Shown piece by piece: positions 26,601 through 37,685 of a stretch of 64,000 bases of DNA. The position numbers and the translations under genes are program-made. The DNA comes from Camelus dromedarius (Eukaryota). The stretch is from contig NC_087438.1 in NCBI RefSeq assembly GCF_036321535.1, positions 684,001 through 748,000 on the forward strand, in the 5' to 3' direction. The number at the start of each line of letters is the position of its first letter. Positions within the stretch are counted from its first letter, which is position 1. The notes beneath the pieces are model-generated. The model was given only the letters and a program-made list of their open reading frames with translations, made no database searches and had not been told where the DNA came from.

Positions 26601-29600
26601 CGTGGGTGCTCTGGTACCTCCTCAACTCCTTCCAGCACCCGCTGCCCTGGAGCGCCTGCCCACTGGACCTCAATCGCACAGGTACACTCCCGGGCAGGAC
26701 GACGGGGCTTCGTCACTCTGTTTCTTGTCCGTTCATTCACTGTGGGACCCAGGGCCCCGGTCACCCCATTCCTTCACAGAGCGGCACCTGGGGCCTCGCA
26801 GCTGTCGTGTGCCCGGTGACCAGAGGGGGAGGGACAGGGTGGCTGCTCTCCCTGAATTAAGACTTCCAGTGGCGACCCCAGCCAAGGGCTCCATCTGGGG
26901 GGACCTCCCAGACGTGGGACACAGTCCGGGTTTTCACGTTTGCTCCTGAAGCCAGCTTGACCTCTTTCCCTTCCTGCGTCTGGCTGACACAAGCTTGGTT
27001 GGCATGTGTGGAAGGAGGCCAGCCCTGGGGGCCTGGGTGGTGGGCCCCATCCCCAGGTCAGCCCTGCAGGCCAGAGCTGGGTGCTCGGGGCAGCGGAGGC
27101 ATGGAGGGCATCACCAGAGTGGTCAGCCTCCCTGCCCCTCACTCAGGGTGCTGTGGGTCCTGTCCGGGTGCCCAGGACAGGCCATCTGCAGCCTGTGGCC
27201 AGCACGTGACGGGCCCCCTGTCCCAGGGTTGGTGGAGGAGTGCCGGGACAGCAGTGCCGTGAGCTACTTCTGGTACCGGCAGACGCTGAACATCACGGCC
27301 GACATCAGTGACAGTGGCTCCGTCCAGTGGCAGCTGCTGGTCTGCTTGGCGGCCTCCTGGGCAGTCCTGTACCTGTGCGTCATCAGAGGCATCGAGACCA
27401 CCGGGAAGGTGAGAGCCTGGCGGGCAGACCACGCACTGCAGGTCCCTCCAGCTCCAGGGGACGCCTCTCCGTTTTGGTCCTCGTTGGCCTCAGGAATTTA
27501 GAGGCTCAGCCAGGAGGGGTGTGAACTCCGGGGCTGCCAGGTCTCCTTGAGAGCTGACGCCTTTGTCCCTGGGAGGTGAGCCTCCGTGTCCTGGTGCCAG
27601 GCGGCTCGCGAGCCCACAGGGTGCTGGAGCTGCTGTGCCAGCCTCCTCTGACGAGGTTAACCTGGCGCATCTTTTCGAACTCCGTTTCTGTGAAGTTTTT
27701 TGGATCTCTGTGCTTACTGCGGTTTTGTGGACAGCATGCGGTTGCGTCTTGCGTTTTCGCTCCGTGTGACCGTCCTTGCCTTTTACTGGGGGTGTTTAGA
27801 CCATTTACGTTTAATGTGCTGACCGGTCAGGGTGGGGTTAGCCTGCCCTCATGGGCTTGACTTCTGCCTGTCCCCTCTGTTCTCCGCTCCTGTCCCACTC
27901 TTTTCCTGAGCACTCTTTTGATCCCACGCTGGGTCCTTTGCTTGCTAGCTGGGACTCTGTTACCCGGGTGGCTGAGTTGGGGGCAGAGCATCACGGTCGT
28001 CTCCCTGCGAGGCTGCGCCACTCACCACGCAGACGACGCTCTTGGCATCACAGCCTCACCCCACCCGGTGTCCGTGCTGCTGACGTATATTTTGCTCACG
28101 TGTTATAAACAGCAAGTGATTTCTTAGCATTTTTGTTTTAAGCAGTTGATTATCTTCTAAAGAGACTTGGATGATAAGAAAGAACACATTGCCAGTTACG
28201 TGGCTTCCAGCAGAAGGCACCAGAGGAGTCTGTGCGTGCAGCTCCCAGCAGGCTTCTCGAGGCACCCCCAGTGCAGGGGCTCCCCACCCTCTCTCTCTGG
28301 GCTTGGATACGTCCAGTGTCTTGTGTGTCGGTCCTTTAAGTGACTGGGACGAAGTTCCATGCATTTCCAGGCCAGGCCCCCTGATCCGGGGTTGTGGAGG
28401 TTTATGGGTCCGAGTGCCCCTGTGCTTCTGCTCGGTTACCGTGTGAGGGCAAGCGTCACTCTCACATGAGGGCTCCACGCTTGATTGTGAGGGTGGCAGT
28501 TTCTGAAGCAGCCCCAGCAAGCCGACCAGAAACCCCAAACACTCCTGCTACGAGAGTCCCCGGAGGGGCATCGCGTCAGTCTGCCTTTGGGGCCTGGGGC
28601 AGCGAGGGGAGAGCCCCCATTTTTTGTAGACACCGTGTGCAGACCTCTCCCCAACCCTGACAGAGCTGGGCCGGGTCCTGCTGCAGGGGAGGGCAGGCAG
28701 GTGAGCGGCCCATGGCCCCTGCGAAGCGGCCAGCTGGGGGCCTGGGGGTGGCAGGAAAAGGCATTGGTGCCGCGACAGCCTGACCTTGGACCAGAGGAAG
28801 CCTCCCGCCCCGGGGAGCCCACCGCCCAGCTCAGTGGACCCCACTGGGCGTCAGTGCATCTGAGCACCTCAGGGAGCCCCAAACCCTCCGAGCTTGCACA
28901 GAGCCCGCTGTCTTGGCCCCAATCCCACGGGAACGACGTCACAGTGGGTACCGCCCGCCTCTCCCGAGGTTTCACTTGGAACAGACACACAGGAAAGTCT
29001 AACAATTGCCCTTCTTTTAGGCAATTTATTTCACAGCCTTGTTCCCGTACCTGGTCCTGACGATCTTCCTCATCAGGGGACTCACCCTGCCCGGGGCCAC
29101 CCAAGGGCTGGTCTACCTGTTCACGCCCGACGTGAGTCTTGACTCCACGTCCCCCTGGGCCGGGCTCAGGGAGCACACGAGGTGGGGCCACTGCCCCACC
29201 CAGTTCGTCCCAACCCCTGGCTGTGGGAGCAGAGACGTGGCCACAAGGAAGGGTGGCTGGGGTCTCCGGGGTCAGGTTTGGAGGGGAGGGAGCAGGAGGA
29301 GGACTCGGTCTAGATTGGGGACCACTGTAAAAGAGGGGGTTCAGGGGAGAGGCCAGCTGGGGACCCAGATGTCCCACCTCTAGCAACCTGAACCCTACAT
29401 CTCTGAGGGCCTCGTCCAGCAGCATGACCCGCCAGGTGGGGAGCCACAGGGCCAAGGGGCCTGCCCACTAGAGCCAGCACACTTTCGGGACCGGTCCACA
29501 GTCTGCGGGACCCCAGGGGCTGCACAGCCGGCCCTGCAGGCAGAGCCCCCAGGGAAAGGGAAGGGGCACTGGTGTGGCAGCCAGCGCAGGTCTGCCTGAG

Positions 29601-32600
29601 CCAGCAGGAGCGCCAGGCACTCTCGGCTCGGGGCCCACCCGGCTCTCAGGTCCTGGAAACCCCAGGTCTGAGAGGAACAGAGCAAACACAGTTAAGTTCC
29701 AGCCACTCAGACCCGTCTCCACCCTGGGAGGTCTACCCCCAGGCTCTCAGGGCCTTGAGTGGATGGGACCCAGGGGTCATCACACGTCACCAACAGGCGG
29801 CCCGGGGTGGCTCTGTCTGCTCCTCACGTGTGGTCCTGGACTGTTCCTGGGGCCTGAGTGCGTGACTCAGAACTCTGGGAACGTTCTGGAACAGGAGGGA
29901 CCGGGCCAGGGCAGCTTGTCTGCTGGCCACGGGCCTTCCCATCTCACTCCAGATGCAGGTCCTCTGGAACCCCCGTGTGTGGCTGGACGCCGCCACCCAG
30001 ATATTCTTCTCTCTGTCCCTGGCCTTCGGAGGACACATCGCTTTTGCAAGTTACAACCCGCCAAGGTAGGGCCGGGCTGGGCGGGGACCACGCTCAGACA
30101 CACGAAGCCCTTCTCTGTCGGGAAGTCCTGCCCAGGTGGAGGTGGCCAGCAGTGAGCTTCTGATAACAGGCGATTCCTGAGTCATCCTCAAGGGCCGGGA
30201 GGCGGGGCCACTTCCAGCTCGGTCCGAGCCAGCTGCAGGAGGAGAACCTGGGTGGTCAAGCCCAGGAGCAAGGCCTTACCTGTGCTCCGCCCCGTGTGTG
30301 ATGCTCGTGGCCACAGAAGCAGAACCACGGCTGTATCAGCCTCCTGGTCACACAGACACCAGGCCGCAGCCTCTCCTGCAGGAGCTGTAGACTTGCTCTA
30401 TGAGACCAAGAGGCTGAGGCCCCAAGCATGACCACGTCATAAACCCCAGGGCGCCGGCAGGCATGCCCTTAAACCACTTCCCCGGGGTTGTCTGAGGGTG
30501 GTAGGGCAGGCGGGGGTGCAGGGGCTGGTGGCAGGGGCCTCAGGCGTGGGGGTTGGGCCGCCAGGGGCTTCAGTGCGTTTCTGCTTGGACTCCCTTGAAT
30601 GGCAGCTTGTGTGTGTTTCTCGTTTGGAGACTATCCCAGTGAGACCCGCAGCTGCCCCACCCTCGCCCTCAGCTCCCCGATGCCCCGGGAGATGGGGGCT
30701 GAGTGTGTTACAGCAGCAGCGCCCCGAGCTGGGGCCCCTGGGGAGGGGTTGGCAGGGTGGGGCTGAGACGTCCGAGTTCCGGGTGGAGCACAGGCAGGCC
30801 CCGGTGCAGAGCAGAGTGGGGGCGTCCAGGGTGCGGAGGTGTGATCCCTGAGTCGTCTCGAGGTTTGGAGGTGGGGTCTCTGGGCACACAGGGCCACACA
30901 CGCACATGTCCCCCAGGAACAACTGTGAGAGGGACGCGGTGGCCATCGCCCTGGTCAACAGCATGACCTCCTTGTACGCGTCCATTGCTGTCTTCTCCAT
31001 CCTGGGGTTCAAGGCTGTCAACGACCACGGGCGCTGCCTGGACGGGTGAGCACGGTGCCCTCTGGGTCTGGGACCAGGTGTCCCCAGATCACGGCCCCAC
31101 CACGGGGCCTGCTGCACGGGGGGCCCACAGACGACCTTCCCCAGGGGAGCGGGTGGAGGGTCTGTCCAGAACCTGGAATGGAAACAGGTCTCTGGCAGAT
31201 GAGGTCGATCTGGGCAGGGTGAGCCCCCTGTCCGATGACTGGTGTCCTGATTGGACAGAAAGGGACGCAGGCAGGACAAGAAGCCACGTGAGACAAAGCA
31301 GAGGCTGGAGGGTTGCGGCCACAGCTCATGGATGCCTGGGGCCCCGGAGGCTGGAAGAGGCAGGAACGACCCTCCCCTGGAGCCTTTGGCAGGAGCACAG
31401 CCCTGGACATCTGGATCTCGGACTCCCAGCCGCAGGGCTGAGGAAGGAGGAACTTCTGTTGTTTCAAGGCCCCCCGTCCGGGGGCATTTGTCGCAACAGC
31501 CCCGGGAGCTGAGGCATTAGGAGGACCCCACACTTGGAGTTGTGCGTTCGATGGCCCGGCCTGGCCTACCAGACGTGTTTTCCTGGGTAGAACCCATCAC
31601 AGTGCATAAGAGTGTCCCCCGGGGTGCCGTTGACATCCACAGTGCCCGGGACGGCCCCACGGAGTGATCACCGTGTCACAGAGAGACGAGATACCTGTTT
31701 CAACCGCGCTCGGCTGCGCTGCTGAGCGCGTGCTCCTCTCAGAATGTTCCAGAGAGGCTGCAGAGGCCACGCCCGGTGCACAGTGCAACCCCTGCGGGGG
31801 AGCAGGCGCCCAGCTGCCTCCACGGAGATGCCCAGCGAACAAGTCTGTTCATCCACTGAGGCCAGGCTCCCCCCACAGCACGTACCCCTGGCCTGAACAA
31901 AGCCTCTTGGAAGTTTTCTGTGGGTGGCATCACTGCCTTCTTGCTGCATTTAGAACACTGGACAGAACTTAAACAGCAAAACCAACAAAAAGCACAAGAA
32001 TTTGAGAACCGCAGCTCCAATCATGAGGCGCTCGGCTGCGGCTCCAGCTGAGACAAGGTGGAGCGTCCCAGGGCCCGAAGGGGACGTGCGCGGTGGAGTG
32101 GAGCATCCCGGGGCCCGGAGGGGACGTGCGTGATGGACAAGTCCGCAAGTGCCCTCAGATGCCGCGGGGACTGGAGTCGAGGTTACAGATACATCTAGCA
32201 GGCAGGCGAATCAGCAAACACGGAAGCCCCCATGGTGTTTGAGCCGTGAGGTCCGAGACAGACAGTGCAGGCGTGCAGACCTGGGGCCACCGCCCACAAC
32301 CTGGCCCGGGGTGGCCAAAATTCAGGGAGGCAGGAAGCGGCACAGCCCAGTTCGTACCCCCAGGGAGTGTCACCTCCAGCCTGGGGCCCCTCTGGGGCTG
32401 GACCAGCCTTCTCTCCCTGCGAGTGCACGAGGCCAAGGGGCAGCTCCACACTGCCAGCCCCACAGGTGTCCGCTCACCAGGCCTCCCTACCCCACAGAAA
32501 CATCCTCCGTCTCATCAACGCCTTCGATCTCCCAGACCAGAGCATCTCCAGGGATGACTACACGGCTGTCCTCGCCCGCCTGAACGTCTCCCGGCCTGAG

Positions 32601-35600
32601 TGGGTGGCTGGTCTCCACCTGGACGCCTGCCGCTTGGAGGACTTTCTGGAAAAGGTACTCGAGGGGCCGGGTCGAGGGCACCAGGCCGCTCTGGGCCGAG
32701 TACTTGCTGCACATGGCCCCCTGGGGTCAGGAGTGCAGGACTTTAGGCTGACCCTCTGCCTCTGCTTCTCCGAGCTTCTAGAAAACCCTGTGGCCTAAAC
32801 ACACCATGGCTGAAGGGCCCTGCCCAGCAGGGGGTGGGGTCCAGGCTGATCCAGGAAAGCAGGCATTGCTGGTGCACAGAGACCAGGGAGAGGGGCCAGA
32901 GCGAGGTCACAGAGCCAGGCCATGGCTGGAAGGGCCTCATGCAGGGCCAGCTGATGCCAAGGACTGGGGACAGCAGGCTGGGTGGGCAGCCATCTGACGG
33001 GCACCTGAGCCCACGCCCCCAGGCCCCACGTCCCCTGCTGGCTGCCGGTTATGTGGGGGAACAGGCTCCCCCGGCTCCGTAGGTGCTCCTGAAGTTTGTT
33101 ACGACACAGCTCGCACAGGGCAGGGCCACCAGCCCAGACTGGTGCCAGGGACAGGTGCTGGTGTGCGTGTCCCGGGGTGGGGCATGCCTGTGCGCGAGGC
33201 CTGGTGTGGGCACGTGCCACCTCCTCCCTGCGCTGCCCTGCAGAGCGCCGCAGGCACGGGCCTGGCCTTCATCGTCTTCGCTGAGGCCGTCCTCCACATG
33301 CCCGGGGCACCCGGCTGGGCCGTGCTCTTCTTCGGGATGCTGTTCACCCTGGGCCTGTCGTCCATGTTTGGGAACATGGAAAGTGTCATCACACCGCTCC
33401 TGGACTTGGGGGTCATGCCCAGAGGGGTCCCCAAGGAGCTCCTGACTGGTGAGTGGACAGCCACCTCCCTGCAGGCCTGTCACTCTCCAGACGCCCCTCC
33501 TCCAGGGGGGCTTCAGGGCCCTGTCCCCATGGAAGCTGCACCCTGCAGCTCTGACTTCACATCCTGAGGGTCGTTACCGGGGAGCCAAGGGTCAGGGAGT
33601 CAGGGGCCAGGGACGCTGTCCTGCACTGCCCACTGAGGCCACAGCCATCTGAGCTTGTCCCCTGGCTCCCAGGGCGCAGGGGGACGTGGCCGGGAAGAGC
33701 AGACGTGACAGGCAGAGGAGCTGGGAGGGCAGCGCCAGGGCGACTGCCTGAGATGTGGGGTTGTGTCCAGGGCTGGCCTGCCTGGTCTGCTTCCTCTCGG
33801 CCACCTGCTTCACACTGCAGTCTGGAAGCTACTGGCTCGAGATTTTCGACCACTATGCTGCGCCCTTGAACCTGATCTTCTTTGCCTTCTTCGAAGTGGT
33901 CGGGGTCGTTTATGTCTATGGGATGAAACGGTGAGTCCCTGGGGTCCCGCCTTTCTGCTGCTAGCATCCGGAAGTACACAGTGCAGGAGTCCCGGGCAGC
34001 TGCAGGATGACATGGGACCCGGCCCTGCCTGGCTGCGGGGAGGCCAGCGACAAACGTCAGTCTCCAGCCACATGGTGGACTCCTGATGTCCAAGTGCAGG
34101 TGGGAACTAGGGCACCAGGAGGCCCGGCCAGGGTTCCGAGCCCTGCCCTCCTGGAGGCCACACACTGGTCCTGCCCACCCACACCTGGCCCGGGCCTGCC
34201 GCACACCTGACACTCACACCTTCACTCACATCGAGACTCACACCTGCACTCACACCTGCCACCCTGACAGTAGCCCTGCCCAACGAGCCTGGAGGTTGTG
34301 ACCTCTGTCCCTGTGTTCTAAGAGATCCCGAGAGACCCTGATGCCACGGCCTCCACTGCAGCAATCTGGGCACGGGGACTGTGAGCTTGTCCCTGCGGGA
34401 CACTGCCCACCTCAAGAGGCAGGCATGAGAGGCAGGGTCCAGCGGCGATGAGGAGGAACAGTGAGCCCGTGGACTCAACTGACCGTGGGGTCTCAGAAGA
34501 AGACACTCCGGAGCTGGGAGGAGCAGAGCTGGGGGGCTGTGCAGGCAGGGGAGGGGCCATGAGGCGGGGCACCTTCTCCGCGTCTGCAGAGATGTTGCAT
34601 ATCCTGAGCCTCTGTCCCCACCCCTGGGGCCTGGGTCAGGCACCACCTTCCCCTGGGGTGTGCCACTGCCCCACCAGAGCTGGAGTCACCCCCAGGGTGG
34701 AAGTCCTCCCTCTCCCTCAACTGGGCTGACCCTCGCGCACTGGCCTTTCTCACCCATCTACCTGGAGGCTGAGTCCTCATTAGGACCCCAGAAGGCTGCC
34801 TCGTCTGGGGGCACTCAGGAAGATATGGGGCAAAGGTCAGAGTGGAGGTGGGGCGGGCCCCATGGGCCAAGTCTTGGGGTCACGGAGGCGCTGGCTGGGC
34901 GGGTGGAGCCAAGCCCAGTGTCTTCGTGGCAGGTTCTGTGATGATATCGCGTGGATGACTGGGAGGCGGCCCGGCCTCTACTGGCAGGTGACTTGGAAGG
35001 TCGTCAGCCCCCTGCTGCTGCTGACCATCTTTGTGGCCTACATTTCCCTCCTGGCCAGCACGCCGCCGAGCTACAAGGCCTGGAACCCCCAATACGTAGG
35101 TCCTTTGGGCAGGGAGCGGGAGCCCGGGGACCGCCTCAGACCCGGCCTGGCCCTGTCCTGGTGCCACCCAGGACCCAGAGGACCCCTCGGTGGGCATTCA
35201 CGCCCTAAGGACCATGTGGGCTGCTTCTGCTCTGAGACCCTTGACCGCGGATGCCCTCGGGGGTGACAGTTTGATTCCTGCAGCCCCAGTGACCTTGGGC
35301 AAGTGGTGGGAGGACAGGAGCAGTTTCCAGACTCTGGCAACCTCACGGGTCCCTGTAGCCCCTCCCACAGGGAAGTGCTTCCAGCCAAAATTCACAGGTG
35401 CAGTGGGGATGCCCAGCCTGGTCCCAGACAAGAAACCAGCCACCCAGCTGGTCGGCGGACTCTGGCTCCAAATCTTGGCCCCAGGCTGCACTGGGAGCCG
35501 CTTGGGACTGGCTGACCTGCCACCCCTCTTGCGGCTCAGAACCTTGCCTGAGCTTGGGTGGGTGGTGCTTCCCCCTTACAGAGGGAGCACGGGGTTCGAC

Positions 35601-36110
35601 GATGCCTAGCAGGTCAGGACAAGGCAGCCCTGAGACCCCCGGTTTGGGCGGCTCTCTCCAGAACAAGATTCCCCAGATTCCAGGCCTGTTTCTCAGTGCC
35701 CAGTCGCCATGAGCGGCTCGGCCCCGAGTCCCAAAACATCGGCTGCCTGAGCCCACAGAGTGGCCCCTGGCTGTGTGCCTTTCCCACCCACCCATGCTGG
35801 GTGCTTCGTTTCGGGAAGAGCTGGGATGAAGCTGCCCCCACACAGTTCCTGCGGCCGGGGGTCAGCCTCGCCACATCTGGGGTGGGGGGCGCCCACCTCT
35901 TGGCCTGTGTCCCTGTAGGAGCAGTTTCCCTCGCGGCAGGAGAAGCCCTACCCGGGCTGGGTGCAGGCCATCTGCGTGCTCCTGTCCTTCCTGCCTGCAC
36001 TGAGTGTCCCGGCGGTCACCCTGGTCCAGCTGCTCGCCCGGCGCCGACGGAAGCAGCAAGATGTGCAGCAGGACATGGGCCCAAAGCTGCAGGACGGCGG
36101 GGTCTGCTGA
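20519..36110 (+). CDS. SLC6A18: Sodium-dependent neutral amino acid transporter B(0)AT3 (XT2), 12 coding exons, 620 aa
   Basis: Exons 20519-20690, 25778-25918, 26544-26681, 27227-27408, 29021-29131, 29953-30065, 30917-31045, 32498-32654, 33244-33448, 33771-33930, 34933-35095, 35919-36110. Total 1863 nt, open frame, GT-AG. Internal exon sizes are identical to SLC6A19, and it lies between SLC6A19 and TERT. Confidence 0.97.
23040..23785 (-). mobile_element. MER21-like solo LTR in SLC6A18 intron 1
   Basis: Recognisable segments ctgggtgtcct, cccacaggtgaagggctc, cccacaaggctgcccc, ctcacagaactcaggaa, gggtttttaggagctg. Family and orientation from memory. Confidence 0.7.
25778..25918 (+). CDS. SLC6A18: SLC6A18 exon 2
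   Basis: [32 protein letters not shown]; 141 nt. Confidence 0.95.
   Translation, partial: GPSSSPTSLPWSSRASRSSTSSSPSASACAGAASGCGWPSRPTWAE
26544..26681 (+). CDS. SLC6A18: SLC6A18 exon 3
   Basis: [20 protein letters not shown]...LNRT; 138 nt. Confidence 0.95.
27227..27408 (+). CDS. SLC6A18: SLC6A18 exon 4
   Basis: [20 protein letters not shown]...GIETTGK; 182 nt. Confidence 0.95.
27560..28170 (-). mobile_element. Decayed L1M fragment (inter-ORF/ORF2 5' region), antisense
   Basis: gtgtttagaccatttacgtttaatgtg is a typical antisense L1M segment. Confidence 0.6.
29021..29131 (+). CDS. SLC6A18: SLC6A18 exon 5
   Basis: [26 protein letters not shown]; 111 nt. Confidence 0.95.
29953..30065 (+). CDS. 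SLC6A18: SLC6A18 exon 6
   Basis: [35 protein letters not shown]; 113 nt. Confidence 0.95.
30917..31045 (+). CDS. SLC6A18: SLC6A18 exon 7
   Basis: [33 protein letters not shown]; 129 nt. Confidence 0.95.
31140..31516 (+). mobile_element. MLT1 (MaLR) LTR
   Basis: atgactggtgtcct, gccacgtgagac, aggctggaagaggcaggaa...cccctggagcct, ttctgttgtttcaag. Confidence 0.75.
32058..32137. repeat. 40-bp tandem duplication, 35/40 identical
   Basis: gtggagcgtcccagggcccgaaggggacgtgcgcggtgga / gtggagcatcccggggcccggaggggacgtgcgtgatgga; all differences are transitions. Confidence 0.85.
32498..32654 (+). CDS. SLC6A18: SLC6A18 exon 8
   Basis: [21 protein letters not shown]...DFLEK; 157 nt. Confidence 0.95.
33244..33448 (+). 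CDS. SLC6A18: SLC6A18 exon 9
   Basis: [23 protein letters not shown]...KELLT; 205 nt. Confidence 0.95.
33771..33930 (+). CDS. SLC6A18: SLC6A18 exon 10
   Basis: [26 protein letters not shown]...YGMK; 160 nt. Confidence 0.95.
34933..35095 (+). CDS. SLC6A18: SLC6A18 exon 11
   Basis: [18 protein letters not shown]...WNPQY; 163 nt. Confidence 0.95.
35919..36110 (+). CDS. SLC6A18: SLC6A18 exon 12 (coding part)
   Basis: [19 protein letters not shown]...DGGVC-stop. Confidence 0.93.
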   Translation, partial: EQFPSRQEKPYPGWVQAICVLLSFLPALSVPAVTLVQLLARRRRKQQDVQQDMGPKLQDGGVC

Positions 36111-36841
36111 GGGTGGGGCTGGGGCAGCAGCGTGGGGGTCCAGCCTGTGGGCCTCGCAGCCCAACCCCAATACACAGGTCCTCCCAGCGACTCCGAGACC
36201 CATGGTCTTTGCTTCCGACACCACCTCAGCCTCCAGGCCACCTCAGGGTACAGACCAGCTCCGACATCGCAGTCCATGCCCTTCTCCAACCAGAAACAGC
36301 CCGCCGTGTGGCTCCTGGGCCCTGCAGTCTGGGGTCCTGCCTGGGGCATCTGGGTGGTCTTGCACTTACCCGGCGAGTCCACAGGCAAAACTGCTGGGGT
36401 CCCAACGGTCAGGGTGGCGATGTGGCCACTGGGAAGGCCCAGACACGCTCCTCCACTGAGGGCCTGTGAGTTTGGGAACCAGCAGGGCCGGTCTCTGAGG
36501 AAAAGCCGACAGCGTTCTCTCCCCTGAGCTGGGAAGGGAGGCTTGGCCCCCTAGAAGCCCATTGCTCTACCCAGAGCCCTGGGGTCCTGAGGAGGGCATG
36601 CCATGACTGCCCACGCGATGGGGAAGCTCACGGGAGAGGGGGTCTGTCTGGGACCGAGGCTTGGGTGCCCTGTACTCAGAGAATTGCCACAGAGGCACAG
36701 ACGCCCAGCTCCCAACTGGCCAGGGCACCACGGCCCAGAAAGCCGGGGGTGGGGGGTGGTCGGCTCTTCCCAGGTTTAGCTCAGAAACACATCATTTTTT
36801 TTTTTCCGAGAATTCCTCAGGGTCAGTGTGTGTTAGGAATG

Positions 36842-36847
36842 AATAAA
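36842..36847 (+). terminator. Candidate SLC6A18 polyadenylation signal
   Basis: First AATAAA, about 730 nt after the stop codon. Confidence 0.55.
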
Positions 36848-37429
36848 AGGGCCGATTATCACGCAGGTTTCCACTGTCTACAGAGGAAGGACATCTCCCC
36901 TCACGGTCGGCCGGCCCTTCCCTGTGCTGAGCCCTCTGAGCAGCCCTCAGCCACGACCCGGCCTGTTCTGGGCCCTCGGAGTACCTCCATATGCCCCCGC
37001 CTGCTCCTCCCTCCCTCCCTCCTCTGTTCCTCCATCCTTCCTCCCCTCTGCCCCTCCTCCAGCAGTCAGGTTCTAAGACGCCGGGTGCTGGACACCCAGG
37101 CCTGCCTGAGACTCGCCTCCGTGGTGACTGCTGTGTCCTTGGCGTCTTGCTGGGAACACGTCCCTCCGAGCAGCGTTAACAAGCCTCGGGCCGGCGGTCG
37201 CTGTCCGTGGTGCTGAAACACCGCAGCCCGCAGGGCACCAGGGCGGGTTTAACCGGCGGCGCCCAGGCAGCCAGATCCCAGAGCAGACAGAGCGCGCGCT
37301 ACCGCGTGCCTGAGGGGAGCTGCACATTAAACTGCAGTCAACGCAAGAGCGCGCCGAAGTGAGTCCCGAGCCCCGCAGGGAAGGCGGGCCCTGCACTGTG
37401 CCCCACGCCACACTCTGCGGTCCATGGCC

Positions 37430-37685
37430 TCTTCTGTGGAAAAGCCAACAGCGGCTGTGAGTCTTCCTCGCGCTGCATCTCTTGGACTCGCTGCCTCTCC
37501 AGCCTCCCTCCTCCACTTTCAGGGACCTTGTGCTCACACTGGGCTCACATCCCCTCTTAAGATCAGCTGATTAGTTATGAATTCCACCTGCACCGTAATG
37601 CCCCTTTGCCACGTTGGGTGATGTACTCTGGGGTTCCAGGATTGGGACGGGGGCATCTTTGGGGGTCCTTATTCTGCCTCCCACG
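37430..37685 (-). mobile_element. MLT1 (MaLR) LTR fragment
   Basis: ttaagatcagctgattag, cccctttgcca, ggttccaggatt...atctttgggggtccttattctgcct. Confidence 0.7.

Noticed and set aside
35316..35328. AGGAGCAGTTTCC in intron 11, identical to the SLC6A18 exon-12 acceptor junction, opening an alternative EQFPDSG... frame
   Set aside because: No polypyrimidine tract upstream and no transmembrane helix downstream; probably a chance 13-mer.
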